Made by a program: the position numbers and the translations under genes
The notes under the pieces: generated by a model
What the model saw: the letters and a program-made list of their open reading frames with translations, nothing else
Told to the model about the DNA's origin: nothing
The model's database searches: none
Assembly (NCBI GenBank): GCA_030647325.1
Contig: JAUSJN010000011.1
Span: 1-46,263, forward strand
DNA: 46,263 nt
Reading direction: 5' to 3'
Source of the DNA: Nanobdellota archaeon
GTDB taxonomy: Archaea > Nanobdellota > Nanobdellia > Woesearchaeales > GW2011-AR9
In this document: positions 8,796-16,360 of the stretch, piece by piece
How the letters are laid out: the number at the start of each line of letters is the position of its first letter
Numbering within the stretch: the stretch's first letter is position 1

Positions 8796-9251
8796 TTATG
8801 GTTCACACTCATCATACAAAAGTTCATCCATTGTTTCTGATCCTGCTTTAAATTTCCCAGTAGAGGTATCCAGGTGAAGTTCACCGCAATGATTGTCAGG
8901 CAGCCACTGAATTGTAGTTCGCCGTTTATTAAAATATTTAGTCATGATCCCTTCTACATATGACCTCTCGGAGAGATCAAACTTATCCTGCCTGATGCCA
9001 TTATAGAAAGACATAGAATTGCCGGTAACAAAAACTCGCAGCCTTGATAAATCCCCATAATCTTTGCTCATTTCTTCGATTTTAGGTTCAAGAGAAGTAT
9101 GAGGAAGAGCATGCATCAGGTAGCCGCTTTTCGTGACTGGATCATAGACTGCTACAGCTATGCAAGGCCCTAAACCATCAGTCCATAAACTATCTGGAGA
9201 ATGGGCTTTGGTCATTTCTCCTACCTCAACATATAGTTCTTCAGCTTCCAT
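8796..9251 (-). CDS. CheD-like deamidase-fold protein
   Basis: VEVGE...TDGLGPCIAVAVYDP...GYLMH matches the CheD pattern GLGSCxAV...D....G..AH. Confidence 0.7.
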   Translation of the reverse strand: MEAEELYVEVGEMTKAHSPDSLWTDGLGPCIAVAVYDPVTKSGYLMHALPHTSLEPKIEEMSKDYGDLSRLRVFVTGNSMSFYNGIRQDKFDLSERSYVEGIMTKYFNKRRTTIQWLPDNHCGELHLDTSTGKFKAGSETMDELLYDECEP

Positions 9252-9296
9252 TATCTAAAATATTGCTGCTTACTTTAAAAATTGTTATGAAGAAAA

Positions 9297-9824
9297 CTAA
9301 TCTTCAGCCAAATACCCTTTGTACGGATGTTTCTTGGCCTGCATGTCAAAGTATTTTTTCATCTGGGCATGCAAGTTCCAGACGCGGTAGTAAAGCTGGT
9401 CAAAATACACTGTTTCGATAGGGTTCATGTGCGGCAGTTTCATGTACCATTTCCCTAACAACTGGGCAAACCTGCTTCCACCAAATTTTTTCTGCCAGTC
9501 GTACTCAATAGTGCTGTTGATGATTATGTATAACCTTGCTCTCATCAGCGGTTTTTTACGGCTTTCCACCGCTACATCTTTCACTTCCCACATGTGTATA
9601 GTAAAAAGAATATCGTATTTGATGAAGTCAGTCACTTTTTTAGTGAGCTGCCAGGCCATTTCCTGCTCTGCTCCTTCTGCACCGGGAACTTTATGCTTGA
9701 AAGAAGGTTCATGCCACATATAGCCGTTTCTTTTAGCCCATTCGGTCACTTCAGCGTACAAACCATCAAAATCAAACACGCCGTTATAGCGCAAGGTAAT
9801 CTGCGGCAGGTTCACTTTTCCCAT
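9297..9824 (-). CDS. Conserved hypothetical protein (third paralog of the 4079/4648 family)
   Basis: LRYNGVFDFDGLY...GYMWHE...KKVTDFIK...DWQKKF...MKKYF. Confidence 0.8.
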   Translation of the reverse strand: MGKVNLPQITLRYNGVFDFDGLYAEVTEWAKRNGYMWHEPSFKHKVPGAEGAEQEMAWQLTKKVTDFIKYDILFTIHMWEVKDVAVESRKKPLMRARLYIIINSTIEYDWQKKFGGSRFAQLLGKWYMKLPHMNPIETVYFDQLYYRVWNLHAQMKKYFDMQAKKHPYKGYLAED

Positions 9825-9931
9825 ATAATAAAAGAGTCTTGGAAGGTATATAAAGATTTCTGAGAGTTTATTTTAGAGAAACAAGTCTTTATTTATGGAA
9901 GATTTAGGGATTAGATAGAAACGTAGAATGT

Positions 9932-12900
9932 CTACACAAAATACTTCCCGGTAGATATCTCAAAATACGCGCTAAACTCTTCTTCTTTCACTTTAAAAGT
10001 TCCGCTATGCTTGTACTTCCGCTGCGGTTCAGATATGACAATATCAAAGACATGCGCGCCTATCTTGAGCTGGAGTTCATTCTTCAACGAGGTCAGCGCC
10101 TTTTTCATGCCCGGAGCAGTCTTGAGATATAAAGTCACTTTGTCGGTCTTCTGCATCCCGGCCTGTTTCCGAAGTTCCTGGATATTCCTGGCCACTTCCC
10201 GGGCAAAGCCTTCTGCTTCCAATTCTTCGGTGCGTTCGGTATTCACCAGCACCACTACTTCTTTAAATTCTGACAATTGATAATTGTGCGGCGCTTCCCG
10301 TTCCAGGAAGAGCATCTCTTTAGTGATCTCTACCGCTTGCTTATCAAGAGTGAAAGAATATTTTCCATCTTTCTGCAAGTGCTTGACAATAGACTGCGGA
10401 CTGTCTAAGGCTAACTTGGCGATGATCTGCGGCGATAACTTCCCATAAGTCGGCCCTATCTTAGCATAATCCGGTCTGACTTTATACTGCAATTCTACGT
10501 TCTGTGCTCCAGCAAGCACTTCTTTGGTATTCAGCTGCGAGCATAACACGTCCTGTAATTTTGCGACAACGCCTTTTACCGCAGGATTTTCACTTATCAC
10601 TTGCACTTCCTTCACCGGCCATCTGACTCCCAGCTTGGCCTTCTCCCGGGCATGCAAGCCAGCCTGAATAATACCTTGTGCCAATAGCACCTGTTCTTCC
10701 AATTTTTTGTTTATTTTTTTCGTATTTGCTTTTGGCCAGGAGTAGTGCATGATGCTTTCTTCTTTCAATCCGAATTCATCTTTTAGATTCAGATACATCG
10801 CTTCACAGATGAACGGCGCAACAATACTGAACATCTTTATTGATTCCAGCAAAACTTGCCCGATAGTATAGACACAGGCTTCTTTTTCTTCCTTAGTGCC
10901 GGAAGAGCTTTTTTCACGGACCATCTGGATGTACGTTCTTGACAGTTCCAAAAATAATTCTTCCAAAGGGATGATAACTTCGTCCAGGCGGTATTGATCC
11001 AGCAGTTTTGTGACTTCCTGCATCACCGAATGCAGACGCGAAAAGATATATTTCTCTTCAAGAGCGAAATTATTTTCCACGGCGGAAGCTTTCAGGGAAA
11101 AAGGATTGATCTTTGTCTCTGCAGAAAGATTGAGCAGGAATTTATGGGTGTTCCAGAGTACCAGCAAGTTGCGTATCTTGGCTTTGCATTCATCCCAGGT
11201 GAAGTTGATATCTTCCCCTGCGTTAGTCTGGCACATGTAATAGCGTAAGGTATCTGCACCATGCTTGTCAATCAATTCATAGGGTGAAATGATATTCCCC
11301 AAGGACTTAGACATCTTTACACCATTAACATCGGTGACAAACCCATTCATGTAGACATTTTTGAAAGAAGGTTTGTTGAAGGCTAAAAAAGAAGCGACCA
11401 TCAGTAAGTTAAACCAGCCGCGAACTTGATCCTTGCCTTCCAGAATAAAATCAGGTGGAAAGAGCTGCTCAAACAACTTTTGATCCTGTGGATAATTCAG
11501 GCAATTCCAAGAGACTGTTCCTGCATCGATCCAGACATCCAGCACGTCAGGAATGCGCTTATACACTTTTCCACTTTTTTTGATAGTTATCTTATCAATT
11601 TCAGGAATATGCATATTAGTCACTTTCTGTCCGGAAAGTTTTTCCAACTCCTTGATACTTCCTACCACGATATAATCACCGTCATCGGCCTGCCAGATGG
11701 GGACAGCAGTTCCCCAGTAGCGCTGTTTGGTGATAGAATTGTCGCGTAGATTTTCTAACCATGATTTGAAAGCATGCTGCGCAGTCGCAGGATTCCAGTA
11801 TATTTTTTCATTAGCCGCGATCATCTTATCCTTGAGATCTTCTACTTTGAAGAACCATTGTTTGGTAGTTCGGAAAATGACTGGCTCATGACTTCGCTCG
11901 CCGTGCGGATAATCGTGGCTGTAGGATTCTTTAGCGACTAAACAACCTGCTTCATGTAACGCCTGAATAAATTTCTTATCGTCTGTTTTTGCCCTGTAAC
12001 CCGTAAATGGCCCGAAGTTGTCAAAATATCCTGATTCATTGACGCAGTTAAACGGCATTAAACCATTTCGGTAACCGACTTCATAGTCCTCAGGACCGCA
12101 GCCGGGAGCGCAATGCACTAGACCAGTACCAGCGCTGTCATCAACATATTCCTTGCTAAGGAGAATGGAAAATAATTTTGGATTTTTTTGCAGTTCTGCA
12201 GGGAGAAATTTCTGTGTCTGGAGAGGATGCAGATATTTTTTACCTTCTAAATCGGAGCCTTTGAATTTTCGTACCACTTTATGATCAGTCACCTTGGCCT
12301 TGCCGAGCACTGAACCAAGCAGATTTTCTGCGATGATCCATCTCTCGCCACCAGCAGAAACTTCAACATAAGTGAGATCAGGGTTGACCATGATAGCTAA
12401 GTTAAGAGGAATAGTCCAGGGCGTGGTAGTCCAGACCAGATAAAACTTTTTAGGATCGTCCTTGCTCTGAAATTTCAGATAAATAGAAGTGTCAGTGATC
12501 TTCTTGTATTCTAACTCATGTTTTGCCACCGCGGTCTGGGTCGCGGCATCCCAATGCATGGTCCGCAAGCCTTGATACAATCGCTCCTTCTCATCCGCCT
12601 GCTTGATCAGCCACCATTCTGCTTCCATGAATTCTTTTTTGATCGGCTGATACGGATCAGAAAAATCTAAAGTCGCTCCTAAACGCTGGAAATCCTCATC
12701 CATCTTATGCATCATCTCGATGCAGAATTTTTCACATTCCTGAGTGAATTTTTTGACACCGAATTTTTCAATCTCTTCCTTATTGTGAAGTTCTAATCTG
12801 GCCATGGTCTTCTGTTCGGTAGGAAGCCCATGCATATCGTATCCCATCCTATCCCAGACATTATATCCTTGCGAACGCTTGTAGCGCAAGACCATATCTT

Positions 12901-13084
12901 TCAGGGCCATGTTCCAGGCGTGACCCAGATGGATGTGACCGGAAGTGTACGGCGGACCCTGCAAAAAATAGAATTTCTTTCCTTTCTTGTTGTTTTTACG
13001 CAGGGAATCAATAATCTTGTTTTTCTTCCAGAATTCCAGAACCTGCGGTTCAAGCTGTTGAGGATTATAGTCCGTGAATCTCAT
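9932..13084 (-). CDS. ileS: Isoleucine--tRNA ligase (archaeal/eukaryote type)
   Basis: GPPYTSGHIHLGH, WTTTPWT, GTGLVH, QRYWG, EGKDQVRGWF, KMSKS. An alternative GTG start lies at 13093. Confidence 0.97.
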   Translation of the reverse strand: MRFTDYNPQQLEPQVLEFWKKNKIIDSLRKNNKKGKKFYFLQGPPYTSGHIHLGHAWNMALKDMVLRYKRSQGYNVWDRMGYDMHGLPTEQKTMARLELHNKEEIEKFGVKKFTQECEKFCIEMMHKMDEDFQRLGATLDFSDPYQPIKKEFMEAEWWLIKQADEKERLYQGLRTMHWDAATQTAVAKHELEYKKITDTSIYLKFQSKDDPKKFYLVWTTTPWTIPLNLAIMVNPDLTYVEVSAGGERWIIAENLLGSVLGKAKVTDHKVVRKFKGSDLEGKKYLHPLQTQKFLPAELQKNPKLFSILLSKEYVDDSAGTGLVHCAPGCGPEDYEVGYRNGLMPFNCVNESGYFDNFGPFTGYRAKTDDKKFIQALHEAGCLVAKESYSHDYPHGERSHEPVIFRTTKQWFFKVEDLKDKMIAANEKIYWNPATAQHAFKSWLENLRDNSITKQRYWGTAVPIWQADDGDYIVVGSIKELEKLSGQKVTNMHIPEIDKITIKKSGKVYKRIPDVLDVWIDAGTVSWNCLNYPQDQKLFEQLFPPDFILEGKDQVRGWFNLLMVASFLAFNKPSFKNVYMNGFVTDVNGVKMSKSLGNIISPYELIDKHGADTLRYYMCQTNAGEDINFTWDECKAKIRNLLVLWNTHKFLLNLSAETKINPFSLKASAVENNFALEEKYIFSRLHSVMQEVTKLLDQYRLDEVIIPLEELFLELSRTYIQMVREKSSSGTKEEKEACVYTIGQVLLESIKMFSIVAPFICEAMYLNLKDEFGLKEESIMHYSWPKANTKKINKKLEEQVLLAQGIIQAGLHAREKAKLGVRWPVKEVQVISENPAVKGVVAKLQDVLCSQLNTKEVLAGAQNVELQYKVRPDYAKIGPTYGKLSPQIIAKLALDSPQSIVKHLQKDGKYSFTLDKQAVEITKEMLFLEREAPHNYQLSEFKEVVVLVNTERTEELEAEGFAREVARNIQELRKQAGMQKTDKVTLYLKTAPGMKKALTSLKNELQLKIGAHVFDIVISEPQRKYKHSGTFKVKEEEFSAYFEISTGKYFV

Positions 13085-13085
13085 C

Positions 13086-13168
13086 AGAGGCACGGAGAGA
13101 AGAGATATTTAAAAAATCTCCGATTTTTAACGTGCCTCTCGGCACATTTAAAAAATCTACGCTTTTAA
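13086..13168. repeat. ileS promoter region: 23-24 bp direct repeat plus 9-bp inverted repeat
   Basis: ATTTAAAAAATCT(C/A)CG(A/C)TTTT at 13107 and 13146; AGAGGCACG(13086-94)/CGTGCCTCT(13131-39). Confidence 0.7.
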
Positions 13169-13173
13169 TTTGC

Positions 13174-13902
13174 TCAAGGCTTTAGTATAAGCACGTTCCC
13201 GCGCCCTTTCTTGACTTTTTCCACTTTTCCTTTATGTTCCAATTCAGTGACGATGAGACTTACTTTGGCTTCAGAGAGGTACATCATCTCTTTGCGCAGC
13301 TCTTTCTGGTTGATCCGGCCGTCGTGTTTTTTGATGATTTCTAAAGCCTGATCAAGATAGCCAGGCTCTTTGGCTAACTCTTCTTTATGCTGTTCCACCG
13401 TCTTATGGCTTTCCTGCTTGATCCTTTTGCGGAAGGCCCAGAGAGAACCGTACTTTTTGCGGGTGTAGATGATTCTTCCCAAAAGTACAGCAAAAATAAT
13501 CCCCGCAACGATCCACGACCATAGAGGGATGGGAGTCTCTTCAGTCTCCAGAGGAAGTTCCTGCTGGGTCTCCTGCCATAATTCGTCTTCTTCAGCAAAG
13601 TCGGGAAGAAGGAATAAGTCCATGACATACTCCCCTGCCGCAGAAAGGACTTCCACATTTTCAGTGACGGTATATTGGTTGCCTTTGGCGGTGAGGATGT
13701 ATTTGCCGGGAGGAAGGTCAAAGGAATAACTGCCGGTCTTAGCCAGATATTTTTGCTGGGGAACGGTATTGATCTCCACTAAAACATCTTTCGCTAGGTC
13801 TAATTTTTCATCGTAGATGCTTCCTTTGAGCGTTGCCGCAGAAGCTAAGGGAATCATAAGTAAAAGGAGTAAAAGTAGGGCTAATCTTTGCTTCATAATC
13901 AT
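13174..13902 (-). CDS. Membrane-anchored winged-HTH protein (signal peptide, extracellular beta-sandwich, TM helix, C-terminal wHTH; COG2512-like)
   Basis: Signal peptide ending ASA; GSYSFDLPPGKYILTA; TM WSWIVAGIIFAVLLG; GRINQKELRKE...SEAKVSLIVTELEHKGKVEKVKKGRGN. Confidence 0.85.
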   Translation of the reverse strand: MIMKQRLALLLLLLLMIPLASAATLKGSIYDEKLDLAKDVLVEINTVPQQKYLAKTGSYSFDLPPGKYILTAKGNQYTVTENVEVLSAAGEYVMDLFLLPDFAEEDELWQETQQELPLETEETPIPLWSWIVAGIIFAVLLGRIIYTRKKYGSLWAFRKRIKQESHKTVEQHKEELAKEPGYLDQALEIIKKHDGRINQKELRKEMMYLSEAKVSLIVTELEHKGKVEKVKKGRGNVLILKP

Positions 13903-13946
13903 GTATACTCTAGAATTATATAAAAAGATATCGGGAAAATGCGGTT

Positions 13947-14015
13947 CTAACCACTATAAACCATCCTAAAGCTTGGTAAAGTATTTCGTAAAGTATTTCT
14001 AAAAGCATGTTTAAA
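13947..14015. promoter_or_regulatory. Phased direct repeats in divergent promoter; candidate wHTH operator
   Basis: GTAAAGTATTTC twice (13976-13999); AACCA twice at 10-bp spacing; TAAA recurring every 10-12 bp. Confidence 0.5.
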
Positions 14016-14066
14016 AGGAAAACTGATTCAGGATGATTCAACAACATTCAAACGGAGGTCATAACC

Positions 14067-15263
14067 ATGACATCATTAAAACAAAAATTAACCGCAATCC
14101 TGGTGTTAAGCTTGTTTATGTTAAGCGTTATCCCAGCGGGTTTAGCGAAAAATATAGTAGAATTTGAAGTAGATACAGAAGCTGAAGTCGAGTCAGATGC
14201 AGCAGATGCAGAAGTAAAGTCAGGATCAAAGACAGAAGTAGATACTGATGAGAACGATTCTGAAACAAAGAATGACTCAGAAGAAGTAAAAGAGAAAATA
14301 AAGCTTAGGACCAAAGGCGGCTTGAAGACCGCAGCCAGAGTGTCCAAAGAAGTAAAGTTTGATCTTTCCAAAGCCAGGGAAAGATTAGAAGAAGCTAAGG
14401 AACAGTATAAAGAAGCGCGAGAAAATCAGCGTGAATATCGCGAAAAAGTATTAGAATTACATAAGGTAGTGCGACGCTGCAATGATGAGAAGCAGAATTG
14501 TACCGCATTAAAAGTAGAATTACGCGTAGGAGTGAAGAATCACTTGCTCAAATCAGTACAAGTGGTGGAACGCTCTTTAGAAAAGTTGACCAAGACTATA
14601 GAAAAAATGGAAGACCTATCTGAAGAAGAGAAAGAGTTTGCTTTAGCCTTAGTCGCCGATTTAGAAGCAGAGTTAGATGTGCAGAAGGCAAAAATTGACA
14701 ACTTTACCAACGAAACTTCACAGGAAGAGATTCGCGCAGCTATCAAGGATCTGAAGGAATTAAACCAGAAAGTGCATAAGATGCAGCGGAGATTAGTAGG
14801 CTTGTTAGTGAATGCTAAGCTTCACATTTTAATTGAAAAGCAAGCTGAGCTCCATGCTGGCATGCAGGCACGTATTGATGCTGCAGCAGAAACTGGCGCA
14901 GATGTATCTGAACTGGAAGCAATTCTTGCTGAATTTGATGCAAAAGTAGTGGAGTTAGAGCAAGATTACAAAAACGCCCAAGAGAAGTGGATGGAAGCAA
15001 AAGAAGCGGTAGACTTCGACCAGTTCAATCGTGAATTGCGTGAAGCACAGCATGAAGTCAGAGAAGACTTGCAGGACATCAAACAGATCCTGCGGAAATT
15101 CGTAGCTGAATATAAGGATCTAACTGAAAATGCTGAAGAAGCTGAGAATGAAACCGAAGAGGATTCAGAAAACATCAACGAATCTACCCAGGTAGAAACT
15201 AATACCAGTGTTGAAACCAATACTACTGTAGAAGCGAACGCCAGCGCAGAAGCGACTGCATAG
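14067..15263 (+). CDS. Secreted acidic coiled-coil (glyco)protein
   Basis: GGAGG SD; signal peptide; heptad-rich helices; many N-x-S/T sequons (NDS, NCT, NFT, NET, NES, NTS, NTT, NAS). Confidence 0.85.
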   Translation: MTSLKQKLTAILVLSLFMLSVIPAGLAKNIVEFEVDTEAEVESDAADAEVKSGSKTEVDTDENDSETKNDSEEVKEKIKLRTKGGLKTAARVSKEVKFDLSKARERLEEAKEQYKEARENQREYREKVLELHKVVRRCNDEKQNCTALKVELRVGVKNHLLKSVQVVERSLEKLTKTIEKMEDLSEEEKEFALALVADLEAELDVQKAKIDNFTNETSQEEIRAAIKDLKELNQKVHKMQRRLVGLLVNAKLHILIEKQAELHAGMQARIDAAAETGADVSELEAILAEFDAKVVELEQDYKNAQEKWMEAKEAVDFDQFNRELREAQHEVREDLQDIKQILRKFVAEYKDLTENAEEAENETEEDSENINESTQVETNTSVETNTTVEANASAEATA

Positions 15264-15274
15264 GGAGGAGCAAG

Positions 15275-15478
15275 ATGAAAATAGCGCGCATTTCATTGTT
15301 GCTGCTCTTGATAGCAGTTGTTGTAGCAGCTGGCTGTAAAGTTGCCCAGCCAGAAACATCACTAGACCCTTCCGAGCAAGTGGTGGACAGCGGATTACAG
15401 GAATTGGATGAGATCGATTCCTTGGCCGAAGAGACCGACTTGGGATTGGAAGAGATGGAGAAGATGGAGTTAGAATAG
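15275..15478 (+). CDS. Small acidic lipoprotein
   Basis: GGAGG SD; MKIA + hydrophobic stretch + lipobox VAAGC. Confidence 0.8.
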   Translation: MKIARISLLLLLIAVVVAAGCKVAQPETSLDPSEQVVDSGLQELDEIDSLAEETDLGLEEMEKMELE

Positions 15479-15515
15479 GTTTTTTATTTTTTATTTCTTT
15501 TTCTTTAATTTTTAT
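15479..15515 (+). terminator. Oligo-T archaeal terminator
   Basis: T-rich run directly after the stop, between convergent genes. Confidence 0.55.
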
Positions 15516-15524
15516 GATAATAAC

Positions 15525-16217
15525 TTAAGCTGCTTGCTTATATTTGTCTTTTAATTTTTTCATCGCATCTTTTGCTTCTTTTTTGAAATAATTGCTAGGC
15601 AAATCAAACTTAGCTAAATCTGCTAGTGTAATCTCTCCTTTATCTTTGTATATGTCAAGGAGAAGACCGGCATGTGCCATCTCATGTATATTTCCCGCTT
15701 CAACGTGTTTGCCTACACCAACATATTTAACTATATCATCAAGATGTTTTTCATCTAAGTGGGCGTGGCGTAAAGGCAAAAGAGTCTCTCTCTGCTTTTC
15801 CATTAATTGGTCACGAAGGCCTTCATGTTTTTTCTGAGTATAGTCGCTTTTGTGTTTTCTAAGCAATCTGGTCAATTGACTCCTGGTAATTCCAACATAT
15901 TTCTGCAAAAACATATCTTCTTCAATCGTACCCTTGCCGGGAGCCTTAAGATCTTTTCCCTTCAACTCACTTAATTTTTCTACTGCTGCACTCTTATAAT
16001 GATCAATCATCTTATCAATCATACTGTCTTGTACAGCCGTATCTTCAAGCTTATCATGATCGGGAAGACCAGTACCCTTATCTTTTATGACCTCAAGAGC
16101 TTTAGAATATGCCTGAGAATGAATATCTTCAGTAGCGGCAAGTAACTGGTTTACTTTTTTTGCCCGATTATAGAATTCTTGAATATGCTTTGGTACTTCT
16201 TTTTTCTTCTCAGCCAT
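15525..16217 (-). CDS. Hypothetical cytoplasmic protein
   Basis: 230-aa ORF, Lys/His rich, TATA-like element upstream; no recognised motif. Confidence 0.75.
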   Translation of the reverse strand: MAEKKKEVPKHIQEFYNRAKKVNQLLAATEDIHSQAYSKALEVIKDKGTGLPDHDKLEDTAVQDSMIDKMIDHYKSAAVEKLSELKGKDLKAPGKGTIEEDMFLQKYVGITRSQLTRLLRKHKSDYTQKKHEGLRDQLMEKQRETLLPLRHAHLDEKHLDDIVKYVGVGKHVEAGNIHEMAHAGLLLDIYKDKGEITLADLAKFDLPSNYFKKEAKDAMKKLKDKYKQAA

Positions 16218-16360
16218 AATAGTCTAGATTAAAAACAGAATATTTAAATATTTCCCTATCAAAAGAACTGACTGAAACGTCCCACTCCCAAAAGAAATAA
16301 ATATAAGCTTTTAAAATATAGATTAAAATCTACGGGTAAAGTGTCTCAGGAGGAAATCTA

